DNA of 46,527 nucleotides. Origin: Treponemataceae bacterium. Lineage in GTDB: Bacteria; Spirochaetota; Spirochaetia; Treponematales; Breznakiellaceae. The translations under genes and the position numbers were made by a program. The notes beneath the pieces were generated by a model, which saw only the letters and a program-made list of their open reading frames with translations, was not told where the DNA came from and searched no databases. How positions within the stretch are numbered: position 1 is the first letter of the stretch; each line of letters starts with the position of its first letter. Positions 1 through 8,710 of the stretch are shown piece after piece. The stretch lies in the NCBI GenBank assembly GCA_041666155.1, contig JBAYHM010000001.1:1-46527 (forward strand), given 5' to 3'.

Positions 1-521
1 AGGTTCCACCCCTTCATGGCAATCCTGCGACCGACGTCTTTGAAGCGCTGATCGACCGAAAGATTCTTTCCCGAATATGGGCTGCTCTTCGGCGGCGCGT
101 TCTTTCCATCGGTGATGAACACGGCTATCGGCCGGCGGGCGCCGTCCTTGGCGGAACCCAACGCCTCATCCAGTTTTTCAAGGGCGATTCCGATGTCGGT
201 GTATGCGTCGTCGGTCCGTACCGCTTCAATTTCCTTCGCGATAGCGTCCTTGTCGGCGTCCGTTTCAATGTTCCGGGAGAGAAGCGTGCGCGCCTCGGAA
301 CCGAACGCGATGAGCGTGAACCGGTCCCCCGGTTTGAGGATCGCTTGGACAACCTCTTTCTTTAGGTAGGACTTTACTTCGGGAACAACGCCGCTTGTCC
401 GCATGCTACCGGACACATCCCACACGACGAACACATCGGATGGAAGGGCGTAGGCGGTCGCGCTCACGCAAAGGGAAAAACAAAAAAAGAACAAAGGAAG
501 TGAACATTTATTAGTTCGCAT
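1..521 (-). CDS. Secreted von Willebrand factor type A (VWA) domain protein, partial (3' end runs off the window)
   Basis: Absent from the ORF track because there is no stop in the window. Hand translation from ATG at 521 (GGAGG at 527-531 on the minus strand) gives MRTNKCSLPLFFFCFSLCVSATAYALPSDVFVVWDVSGSMRTSG...DAYTDIGIALEKL...IAVFITDGKN. This shows a signal peptide plus MIDAS-type DxSxS, TD and ITDG motifs. Confidence 0.8.
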   Translation of the reverse strand, partial: MRTNKCSLPLFFFCFSLCVSATAYALPSDVFVVWDVSGSMRTSGVVPEVKSYLKKEVVQAILKPGDRFTLIAFGSEARTLLSRNIETDADKDAIAKEIEAVRTDDAYTDIGIALEKLDEALGSAKDGARRPIAVFITDGKNAPPKSSPYSGKNLSVDQRFKDVGRRIAMKGWN

Positions 522-655
522 TTCGGCCTCCAATTACATGTTTCCAATTATAGACCATCAACGGCTTATCAACCGATCCTTTTCATGCTAGAGTCGCTTT
601 CTCGTCGGAAGCGGCTTCCGACGTCGGCTCCCCATGGGAATCCGGATATGGCCGC

Positions 656-692
656 GGCGGTCGTTGCTACCCGCCTAACCAAAACAAGGAGC
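656..692 (+). promoter_or_regulatory. preQ1-I riboswitch (translational, SD in the pseudoknot tail)
   Basis: GGCGG-UCGUUGCUAC-CCGCC-UAACCAAAACAAGGAG has a 5-bp P1, a 10-nt loop and an A-rich tail ending in the Shine-Dalgarno, 7 nt before the GTG start of yhhQ. The layout nearly copies the T. tengcongensis preQ1-I aptamer as I recall it (CUGGGUCGCAGUAACCCCAGUUAACAAAACAAGG). yhhQ is a known preQ1-riboswitch target. Confidence 0.75.
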
Positions 693-697
693 CGCTT

Positions 698-1432
698 GTG
701 GCTACTCCTCGTCAGTTCCGCTTTATCGATCTTATCACCGTTTCCTTCGTCGTCGTCCTCATCGTCAGCAATATCGCTTCATCGGCAAAAATCGTGGTTC
801 TCGGTTTTTCGCTTTTCGGCGTGCGTATGGCCTTTGACGGAGGAACCCTCCTGTTCCCGATCAGCTATATCTTCGGGGACATCCTGACGGAGGTCTACGG
901 CTACCGCGCATCCCGCCGCGTCATCTGGACGGGCTTCGCCGCGTTGGCCGCATCGTCCATGCTCTTCCTGATCTTAAGCAAACTGCCGGGCGACTCTTCC
1001 TGGGAAGGTTACGCGGGACAAAAAGCCTACGACGCCATCCTTGGCGGAATGAGCTCCGGTGGTATCGCCTTTGCCAGCCTTATCGCGTATTGGGCGGGAG
1101 AATTTTCCAATTCCACAATCCTTGCGGTCATGAAGGTGAAAACGGACGGCAAAGCGCTCTGGGCGCGGACCATCGGCAGCACGCTGGTCGGAGAATTGGT
1201 TGACACCGTCGTGTTCGTCGTTATCGCAAGCGCCGCGGGCGTTTTCGGCTGGGAACTCTTCGCGTCCCTCGTACTGACTAACTACTTGTTCAAATGCGGT
1301 ATTGAGACCGCGATGACACCGGTCACCTATGTCATCGTTCACGCCCTGAAAAAAGCGGAAAACACCGACGCTTACGATCGGGACGTAGATTTCAACCCCT
1401 TCGTCCGCAGCCTCCGCGACGACAACGATTGA
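698..1432 (+). CDS. yhhQ: Queuosine precursor (preQ0/preQ1) transporter, YhhQ/VUT family
   Basis: 244-aa multi-TM ORF with a GTG start. It carries the DUF165/YhhQ-like motif FPISYIFGDILTEVYGY and lies directly downstream of the preQ1 aptamer. Confidence 0.8.
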   Translation: MATPRQFRFIDLITVSFVVVLIVSNIASSAKIVVLGFSLFGVRMAFDGGTLLFPISYIFGDILTEVYGYRASRRVIWTGFAALAASSMLFLILSKLPGDSSWEGYAGQKAYDAILGGMSSGGIAFASLIAYWAGEFSNSTILAVMKVKTDGKALWARTIGSTLVGELVDTVVFVVIASAAGVFGWELFASLVLTNYLFKCGIETAMTPVTYVIVHALKKAENTDAYDRDVDFNPFVRSLRDDND

Positions 1433-1528
1433 GACCGTCCCACGCCCGGGGAACGCATGCTTTAGTGAATTGGAACAGGCTTTCCCGTTAAAAAACATTG
1501 ACGCGCCGCGAACCCGCTATTAAGGTGA

Positions 1529-3874
1529 ATGCGGGATACAGGATCGATGAAATTTTCCAGCAAGCGATATCTGACGGTCCTCTTCGCATCGTACCTGGTG
1601 GTGCTTGTAGTCCCGTTGTTGTCCGGCAGCCTTTCGTATTTTCTTTCTAAGAACGCGATCGAGGAGGAGCTTTTCAGGGCTAACGCCGCGATACTCGAAC
1701 AGGCGCAGATATATATCGACAAGCAGATGGAGCAGAAGGACCTCCTTCTTTCCGGCGTTTCTCTCAATCCGCTGCTCATCAATTTCCTGAGCAAAAGGGC
1801 TCCGATTTCCGAAGACGACCATTTCGCCCTGTACAACATCGCCAAGTCCTTGTCTGTTCTGCGCAACACATACTCGTTCATCAGCGATTTCTATATCTAC
1901 TTTTTGAATAGCGATCTCATCCTGACGCCTTCGGCGGTGTATACGCCCAGGATGTTCTACGATTATGCATACGGCCATAATGATTTTTCCTACGAAGAAT
2001 GGTACGAAAAAATTCTCAAGGGTACGCATCGCAACGAACTATTGCCGTCCGCGAAGGGGAACAGCGCTCAGACCGACGGTTACTTAACCTATATCGAATC
2101 CCTTCCGATCGATCTCTCTCAATCGGCTTTCGCTAATTTCGTCATCCTGATCGACAAGCAACGGATAGAGGCCCTTTTCGGCGATTTGAAGTGGTTGAGC
2201 AACGGATACCTCTACATAACCGACGCAAAAGGAGAAATCATTCTCTCCAATAAACGGAACGAGTATTTTGAAAGCAACTTGAAAAACATGCTCGACGGCG
2301 CGCGAGGTCACCGGATCATCAAAAAGACTCCCGAAGGCAGCATCGCTCTTTCGTATATTTCGTCGACTAATCGCCACTGGAAATACATCTCCCTGATGCC
2401 GGTCGGTTTGTTCATGGAGAGGGTCAACCACCTGAAGTCGATCACTTTCTATGCCCTTTTCGCCGGCCTCTTGTTGGGTTTCATCCTTGTCGTCATTCTT
2501 ACCCTCCGCACCTATTTTCCCGTCAAAAACATCATGCGCCTTCTTTCCGCAGAAAATGCGGCGATGGACGTTCCGGGCGGCTTTTATGAGTTCGATGCGG
2601 GAAGCAACGAAGATGAATTCGGTTTCATACAAAGGACGGTTCAGCAGAATATTCTGGAAAAGGCACGACTCCTCAGCCTGATGGACGAACAAAAGCCGAT
2701 CATTCGGAATAACATCTTGCGTCAGATTCTGGAAGGGAAAATCGACCTCGGCAAGAATTTCGGGGGATCGATTGCGCTTGCCGGAATCGAATTCCCTTAC
2801 GACGGTTATTTTGTCGTGGTTGTGGAAGTCGACGCGGCATCCATCAAAACGGATTCGGCTTTCGTGTGCCTGGCGGTATCCGATTATTTGGCCCAAAGCG
2901 AAAACGAAAAAGGACTGCGCGTTTACATGGTGGAGACCGACCGCGGCAAAATCGCTCTTCTGGTGAACGTCGATGAACGTATGCGCGAGTCTTCGACCGT
3001 CGCCGCCCAAAGTCTCCTGGAAAAGTTGAACCGCTTTTTCATTGATCGTTTCGGCTTGCACTGCGCCATCGGCGTGGGTTCCTGCTACGGCAAGGCGAGC
3101 TCCGTCAGCCTTTCGTATTCGCAGGCGCTCCGAGCGCTCAGCTACCGGGTCTACAGCGAAGACGCCGCGATAATCCACTATGACGAGATCGTGCATGGCG
3201 ATCAGAGCTATTATTATCCCTTTGAAACCGAACACCAGATTTCCACTTGCCTAAAAGCGGGAGAGTTCGAAAAAGCGAAGAAACTAGTCGATTACATATT
3301 TCATGAGAATTTCGATAAACGTTCCCTTTCCCTGGAAATGCTCAGCTTCCTGTTTTCCGACATGATGGGAACCCTCTTCAAGACGCTCAACGAGTTGAAG
3401 CTGAACAGGGAGGGTGTGTTCGGAAAATCCTTCAACGCGGGAAATTGTTTTGAAGATTGTTCGACGGCGGGAGAGGTTAAACAAAAATTTTACGATCTAT
3501 TTACCGCTTTTTGCGCTCACGTCGAAGAGCACAAGAAAAGCCACAACGGCAAACTCGCCAAGAGCATCTGCGACTACGTCGATATCGAATACACCAATTC
3601 AACGCTCTGCCTTCAAATGATCGCCGATAAATTTACGCTCTCGGTTCCGTACCTTTCTCGTTTTTTCAAGGAACAGACGGGGGAAAACATCAGTGCATAC
3701 ATCAATGCGCTTCGAATCCGAAAGGCCGAGGAACTGTTCGCGGATCCCGGCACTTGCCTATTTGAAATAGCCAGGAAAACCGGTTTCAACAATGAAGCGA
3801 CTTTTATCCGCGTCTTTAAAAAAGTGACCGGCATGACTCCCGGTAATTTCCGAAGGCGAGGCGCACCGCAATAA
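1529..3874 (+). CDS. Membrane-anchored AraC-family transcriptional regulator (2 TM segments flanking an extracytoplasmic sensor region, C-terminal AraC HTH)
   Basis: 781-aa ORF with TM1 YLTVLFASYLVVLVVPLL and TM2 ITFYALFAGLLLGFILVVILTL. The C-terminus reads ...LSVPYLSRFFKEQTGENISAYINALRIRKAEELF...IARKTGFNNEATFIRVFKKVTGMTPGNFRR, a typical AraC HTH pair. The start could instead be the ATG at 1547. Confidence 0.75.
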   Translation: MRDTGSMKFSSKRYLTVLFASYLVVLVVPLLSGSLSYFLSKNAIEEELFRANAAILEQAQIYIDKQMEQKDLLLSGVSLNPLLINFLSKRAPISEDDHFALYNIAKSLSVLRNTYSFISDFYIYFLNSDLILTPSAVYTPRMFYDYAYGHNDFSYEEWYEKILKGTHRNELLPSAKGNSAQTDGYLTYIESLPIDLSQSAFANFVILIDKQRIEALFGDLKWLSNGYLYITDAKGEIILSNKRNEYFESNLKNMLDGARGHRIIKKTPEGSIALSYISSTNRHWKYISLMPVGLFMERVNHLKSITFYALFAGLLLGFILVVILTLRTYFPVKNIMRLLSAENAAMDVPGGFYEFDAGSNEDEFGFIQRTVQQNILEKARLLSLMDEQKPIIRNNILRQILEGKIDLGKNFGGSIALAGIEFPYDGYFVVVVEVDAASIKTDSAFVCLAVSDYLAQSENEKGLRVYMVETDRGKIALLVNVDERMRESSTVAAQSLLEKLNRFFIDRFGLHCAIGVGSCYGKASSVSLSYSQALRALSYRVYSEDAAIIHYDEIVHGDQSYYYPFETEHQISTCLKAGEFEKAKKLVDYIFHENFDKRSLSLEMLSFLFSDMMGTLFKTLNELKLNREGVFGKSFNAGNCFEDCSTAGEVKQKFYDLFTAFCAHVEEHKKSHNGKLAKSICDYVDIEYTNSTLCLQMIADKFTLSVPYLSRFFKEQTGENISAYINALRIRKAEELFADPGTCLFEIARKTGFNNEATFIRVFKKVTGMTPGNFRRRGAPQ

Positions 3875-3891
3875 TCTCATCTGTTTGAGGG

Positions 3892-3921
3892 TCTTTCAAA
3901 ACGCAGACGCATTTTGAAAGA
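3892..3921 (+). terminator. Stem-loop downstream of the AraC-type gene (possible terminator/insulator)
   Basis: tctttcaaaa (3892-3901) and ttttgaaaga (3912-3921) form a perfect 10-bp stem with a 10-nt loop. No clear U-tract follows. Confidence 0.35.
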
Positions 3922-4087
3922 GCACCTTGTTCTCTATTGTCAAATATTCGCGTTCCGACAAAAAGTGGAAACCTCTTTTCTTAAAAATCATCACCTTGGA
4001 AAATAATCGCAATTTACAGGGCTCGTACCCCGTGCTGTACTAACTCAAAGGATAGTCGGTGAAGCCGCTTATCTTTAGGAGGTTGGT

Positions 4088-5761
4088 ATGAAAAAAGGGA
4101 TACTCGTTCTGCTATGCGTTAGTCTCGGCGCGGCGGCGTGGGCCGGCGGCGCTAAAGAAAAGACCGGTCAGGAGTCTGCGGCAAGGCCTGCCGCGGTACC
4201 CTCTCAGCCGGGCGCCCAAGCTTCGTCCCTTTCCGGCCCCGAGGCGCTTGTCCTTCCTATTACGAAAGAACCATTGAAACTGTCGATTTTCGCCGCTCTG
4301 GCCGACCGCGCGGCGGTATCGATGAAGAATTACAATGAGATGCTCGCGTTCCAGGAAATGGAAAAACGAACGGGCATCAAAATTGATTTCAAGCATCCTC
4401 CCGTAGGTTCTGAGCAGGTAAGAGTTCAATTCAACTTGATGCTCGCCGCCAACGATCTGACGGATATGATCTACTATACATGGGCGACGGATTTCGTCGG
4501 CGGACCCGAGCGGGCTATCAACGACGGCATCATCGTTCCGCTCAACGATCTGATCGATAAATACGCGCCGAATTTCAAAAAAATATTGGAGGAGAATCCG
4601 AGCGTTCGTAAAGACGCGGTGACCGACAGCGGCAAGATCTACATGTTCCCCCTCTTACGTCTGACGCCGACCGACCTGGTGAGCGGCGGCTTCCAGATTC
4701 GAAAGGACTGGCTGGACAAGCTCAACCTCAAGATGCCCACCACCATAGACGAATGGTACACGGTGTTGAAGGCGTTCAAAGAACGGGACCCGAACGGAAA
4801 CGGTAAAGCCGATGAAATCCCCTTCATTTCCAGCAAGATCGTGAACATCACCGGAGTTGAACGCTTCAGTTGCGCCTGGGGGTTCCCCACCGAATACTAC
4901 CGCGACGGGAGTTCCGTCAAATACGGACCGATGCAGAACGAGTATAAGGATTTCCTGGCGACGATGCGAAAGTGGTACAAAGAGGGACTCATCGATCCGG
5001 ACTTCCTGACTTCGGATCGGAAGAACCACGACGCCAAAGTTACCAGCGAGGTAGCCGGAGCTTATTACGGATTACTCAACTCCTACATGGGCACCTATAC
5101 CAAGACGATGCCGCCGAAGAATCCAAAGTTTGAAATCAGGGAAGCCCCGATTCCCAAAGCCCCCGACGGCAAGATGTACAATTTCCACACCGACGCCGCC
5201 CGCGCCGTCGCCACGGAGGGATTCGCCGTTACCAGCGCCAACAAGCACCTGCGGGAAACGGTCAAATGGTTGGATTACTACTACAGCGAGGAAGGCCGCG
5301 TCCTGATGAACCTCGGCGTCGAGGGGGTGACATTCAAGATGGTCAACGGAGAACCGGTGTACACGGACCTCATCACCAACAACCCCAAGGGCCTTTCTCT
5401 CGATCGAGCCATCTGCGCGTACACCCCGGCCGGCGCCAGTTGCCGGCTGTTCCAGGATACGCGTTACTGGAAACAGATGATGACCTACGACAACCAGAAA
5501 GAGGCCATGAAGATACTCGGCCAAGCGAGCCTGGAACGCGTGCTTCCGCCCATCACCCCGACGCCCAACGAGTCCACTCGATTGGCGGCGATTCAAAATG
5601 AGGTGAACACGTACGTCGGTGAGATGTTCGCGAAGTTCGTGATGGGACAGGAAAGCCTGGATAACTTCGACAAATACGTCAAGACGCTCAAGTCGCTCAA
5701 TATTGATGAAGCGCTCGGCATCCAACAAGCGGCCTTCGATCGCTATCTGAAACGTAAGTAA
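4088..5761 (+). CDS. ABC transporter extracellular solute-binding protein (large LplA-like carbohydrate SBP)
   Basis: 557 aa, with AGGAGG upstream of the ATG. It has the signal/lipoprotein-like N-terminus MKKGILVLLCVSLGAAAWAGG. Its size and its position ahead of two MalF/MalG-type permeases support the call. Confidence 0.8.
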   Translation: MKKGILVLLCVSLGAAAWAGGAKEKTGQESAARPAAVPSQPGAQASSLSGPEALVLPITKEPLKLSIFAALADRAAVSMKNYNEMLAFQEMEKRTGIKIDFKHPPVGSEQVRVQFNLMLAANDLTDMIYYTWATDFVGGPERAINDGIIVPLNDLIDKYAPNFKKILEENPSVRKDAVTDSGKIYMFPLLRLTPTDLVSGGFQIRKDWLDKLNLKMPTTIDEWYTVLKAFKERDPNGNGKADEIPFISSKIVNITGVERFSCAWGFPTEYYRDGSSVKYGPMQNEYKDFLATMRKWYKEGLIDPDFLTSDRKNHDAKVTSEVAGAYYGLLNSYMGTYTKTMPPKNPKFEIREAPIPKAPDGKMYNFHTDAARAVATEGFAVTSANKHLRETVKWLDYYYSEEGRVLMNLGVEGVTFKMVNGEPVYTDLITNNPKGLSLDRAICAYTPAGASCRLFQDTRYWKQMMTYDNQKEAMKILGQASLERVLPPITPTPNESTRLAAIQNEVNTYVGEMFAKFVMGQESLDNFDKYVKTLKSLNIDEALGIQQAAFDRYLKRK

Positions 5762-5770
5762 ACAACTGAA

Positions 5771-5802
5771 GCCGCCGAAATCAGAAATCCGGTTTCGGCG
5801 GC
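5771..5802 (+). promoter_or_regulatory. Intercistronic stem-loop between the SBP and permease genes
   Basis: gccgccgaaa (5771-5780) and tttcggcggc (5793-5802) form a perfect 10-bp GC-rich stem with a 12-nt loop and no U-tract. Such hairpins in ABC operons typically stabilise the SBP message or attenuate read-through. Confidence 0.5.
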
Positions 5803-5816
5803 CGGACGGGGGAACC

Positions 5817-6749
5817 ATGTCGTCTGCGAAAAGAGAAAGCCGTTTGTTCCGGGAATATAGAATCGATTTCTCCAGGAATAGATACGTCTATTTGATGTTG
5901 CTACCGGTCGCCGTCTATTTCATCGGCTTCCACTACATTCCCCTTTTGGGGGCCCAAATCGCGTTTCGCAATTTTTCTCCTATGAAAGGACTTTGGGCGA
6001 GCCCCTGGGTAGGCTTCAAGCATTTCATCGATTTTTTCCATAGTTATTATTTTGTCAGGCTCTTTCGAAACACTATCTTCCTGAACTTCTTTGATATACT
6101 CTGCGGATTTCCCGCTCCCATCGTCTTGGCTCTGCTTCTCAACGAACTGAGAAACGACAGCTTCAAGCGGCTCGTTCAGACCATCACCTATCTACCCCAT
6201 TTTATCTCCGTCGTCGTCATTTGCGGAATGATATTGGATTTCTTCAGCAGAGATGGCGTGATCAATACGTTGCTGGTCGTGATCGGACTCGACGCTATTC
6301 CGTTCATGATAGAGTCGAGTTGGTTCCGACCGATTTACGTCGGCAGCAATATTTGGGAACAGGTCGGATGGGGCTCCATCATCTATTTGGCGGCGCTCAC
6401 GAACGTCGATCAGGAACTCTACGAGGCCGCCACCATCGACGGCGCGAAGCGTTTTAAGCAGCTGATCCATGTTACCTTGCCGGGCATTCTTCCCACCATC
6501 GTCGTGATGTTCATTTTGCGCATGGGGAAAATAATGACGGTCGGATTCGAGAAGGTTCTGCTGCTCTATAACCCAAATACGTACGAGACCGCCGACGTCA
6601 TTTCCACCTTCGTCTATCGCAAAGGAATTCTGGAAATGAGCTACAGCTACAGCACCGCCGTCAGCTTATTCAATTCCGCGATCAACTTCGTGATTCTTCT
6701 CATCTTCAACAAGATGTGCCGAAAACTGTCGGAAACGAGCTTGTGGTAA
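5817..6749 (+). CDS. Carbohydrate ABC transporter permease (LplB/MalF-like)
   Basis: 310-aa polytopic ORF with an EAA-like loop, YEAATIDGAKRFKQLIHVTLPGI. Confidence 0.85.
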   Translation: MSSAKRESRLFREYRIDFSRNRYVYLMLLPVAVYFIGFHYIPLLGAQIAFRNFSPMKGLWASPWVGFKHFIDFFHSYYFVRLFRNTIFLNFFDILCGFPAPIVLALLLNELRNDSFKRLVQTITYLPHFISVVVICGMILDFFSRDGVINTLLVVIGLDAIPFMIESSWFRPIYVGSNIWEQVGWGSIIYLAALTNVDQELYEAATIDGAKRFKQLIHVTLPGILPTIVVMFILRMGKIMTVGFEKVLLLYNPNTYETADVISTFVYRKGILEMSYSYSTAVSLFNSAINFVILLIFNKMCRKLSETSLW

Positions 6750-6762
6750 CGGAGTGTGGATA

Positions 6763-7647
6763 ATGCGCAATAAAGGGAAATTAGATTGGCTCGTAGATGC
6801 GGCCATCGTCATGTTCATGGTATCCATGATCGTCCTTACCCTGTATCCCTTTTACTATATCATAATGGCGTCGATCAGCCGACCATCGGAACTTATGAGC
6901 CACCGGGGACTGATTCTGGCGCCGCTGGGCGGAATAAGTTGGGCGGCTTATAAATCGGTGATTTTCGAAAACCCGATGATTCCCATCGGTTACCTCAACA
7001 CCATTTTTTATGTCGCTTTTGGAACCGTCATCAATATAACGCTCACCACTCTGGGGGCGTACGCCCTGTCCCGGAAAAAAGCCAAACTGGTTCAGCCGGC
7101 TATGTTTGCGATCACGTTCACCATGCTCTTCAGCGGCGGCATGATTCCTCTCTTTTTACTCGTCAAACAGCTGGGGCTGATCAATTCGCGTCTGGCGATT
7201 TTGTTGCCGACGGCGGTCAGCGCATACAACCTGATCATCATGCGAACCAGTTTTCAGGCGCTTCCGGACAGCCTGGAAGAATCCGCCAAAATGGACGGCG
7301 CGAATGATTTCATCATTCTTTGGCGCATAGCGCTACCGCTCAGCAAGGCGGTCGTCGCGGTGATGGTCCTTTTCTACAGCGTCTCCCACTGGAACTCCTG
7401 GTTTCCCGCGATGATGTATCTGCGCGACCGCGACCTGTATCCCTTGCAGCTGGTGTTGCGGGAAATTCTCATTATGAACAACACCGAGAGCATGACGACG
7501 GGCGCCGCCATGTCCGACGCGGAACCGATCGGAGCGGCCATTCAATACGCCACGATTATGGTATCTACGCTTCCCATCCTGGTCGTATACCCCTTCCTGC
7601 AGAAGTACTTCGTGAAGGGCGTGATGATCGGGGCTATCAAGGGCTAG
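6763..7647 (+). CDS. Carbohydrate ABC transporter permease (LplC/MalG-like)
   Basis: Polytopic ORF with the EAA loop EESAKMDGANDFIILWRIALPL. I prefer the ATG at 6763 (GGAG 8 nt upstream) over the GTG at 6754 used in the track. Confidence 0.85.
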   Translation: MRNKGKLDWLVDAAIVMFMVSMIVLTLYPFYYIIMASISRPSELMSHRGLILAPLGGISWAAYKSVIFENPMIPIGYLNTIFYVAFGTVINITLTTLGAYALSRKKAKLVQPAMFAITFTMLFSGGMIPLFLLVKQLGLINSRLAILLPTAVSAYNLIIMRTSFQALPDSLEESAKMDGANDFIILWRIALPLSKAVVAVMVLFYSVSHWNSWFPAMMYLRDRDLYPLQLVLREILIMNNTESMTTGAAMSDAEPIGAAIQYATIMVSTLPILVVYPFLQKYFVKGVMIGAIKG

Positions 7648-7659
7648 GAGGAAAGGCCG

Positions 7660-8694
7660 GTGACCGGAAGAGAACGGGTGATGCGGGCAGTCGCGCATGA
7701 AGCGACCGATCGAGTCCCGATGGACTATTGCACCAGGGACGACGTAGCCAAAAGGCTTGTCGACTATTTGGGCCTCCCCGACCGGGAAGCTCTCTATCGA
7801 AAATTGGGGGTGGACGCCAGGCGCTTCGCCGTTCAGGACGCGCTCGGGAAACGCGAGACTCTAGGCGACGGCAGTTTCCGCAGCGGATGGGGAGTAGTTC
7901 AGCGACCGTCCGCCGACGGGCTGTACGTGGAATGGCTGCGCGGGCCCTTCTCCGAGAATCCTGATTTGGATCGATTCGCTTGGCCGGGGTTCGACTGCGT
8001 GGAATCGGTTGAGTCGATCGAGCGAATGATCGCCCCGCATAAGGGCGAGTACGCGACCATCGCCACGCTGAACTACCCGTTCAAGGTTTGCTGGCACATG
8101 CGCGGCATGGAAAATTTTCTCTGCGATACTCTGGCGGACGAGGGATACGCGATCGCTTTATGGAAGAAGGCGGCCGAGTACGAGTTGGAAAAAGCACGGC
8201 GCTTCGTGAAGGCGGGCGGCGACATCGTCTCCTTTTCCGGAGACATCGCCATGCAGGACCGAATGATGGTGAGCGTGGGCGCGTGGCGTCGAATAGACAA
8301 ACCGATCTTTGCCGACATGATCCGGAAAATCCGGGAGCTGAACGGGGATGTCCTGATTTACTACCACAGCGACGGCGACATGGAGGCGGTGCTGCCGGAT
8401 TTGATCGAGATCGGCGTGGACATAATCAATCCCATCCAACCCGAATCCATGGACGTGGCGCGAATTAAAAAACAGTACGGCAAGAGATTCACGCTGCACG
8501 GCACCATTTCCATACAGAAGACCCTGCCGTTCGGGACCTTGGAGGATGTGCGCCGCGAAGTCTTGGACCGTATGGCTTTGGCGGCGGAGGACGGCGGCAT
8601 AATGCTTGCGCCCGCCAACCACGTGCAGAACGATACGCCGCTGGAAAACGTGATCGAAATTTACCGAACCGCAGGTTCTTTCCAATACGAATAG
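7660..8694 (+). CDS. Uroporphyrinogen decarboxylase (URO-D) family protein of unknown substrate
   Basis: 344 aa, GTG start preceded by AGGAGGAAAGG. The N-terminus MTGRERVMRAVAHEATDRVPMD and the C-terminal HSDGDM...IINPIQPE...LAPANHVQNDTPLENV are typical of URO-D/MtaA-like TIM-barrel proteins. Confidence 0.65.
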   Translation: MTGRERVMRAVAHEATDRVPMDYCTRDDVAKRLVDYLGLPDREALYRKLGVDARRFAVQDALGKRETLGDGSFRSGWGVVQRPSADGLYVEWLRGPFSENPDLDRFAWPGFDCVESVESIERMIAPHKGEYATIATLNYPFKVCWHMRGMENFLCDTLADEGYAIALWKKAAEYELEKARRFVKAGGDIVSFSGDIAMQDRMMVSVGAWRRIDKPIFADMIRKIRELNGDVLIYYHSDGDMEAVLPDLIEIGVDIINPIQPESMDVARIKKQYGKRFTLHGTISIQKTLPFGTLEDVRREVLDRMALAAEDGGIMLAPANHVQNDTPLENVIEIYRTAGSFQYE

Positions 8695-8710
8695 AAAGGG
8701 AGGACGAGAA

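Noticed and set aside
585-887. 100-aa plus-strand ORF covering the riboswitch and the yhhQ 5' end, plus the 112-369 and 125-352 ORFs.
   Set aside because: The first is out of frame with the well-supported yhhQ ORF and overlaps the aptamer. The other two are alternative frames of the VWA gene that I translated by hand.
2084-3235. 383-aa minus-strand ORF inside the AraC-type regulator gene. Similar long antisense ORFs occur at 5072-5818, 8158-8685, 27465-28472, 28621-29502, 29556-30164, 30626-31312, 33456-34160 and 39794-41014.
   Set aside because: All lie antisense or out of frame within genes that carry clear family motifs. Their translations are Arg/Gly/His-rich low-complexity sequence typical of shadow ORFs in GC-rich DNA, and none has an RBS.
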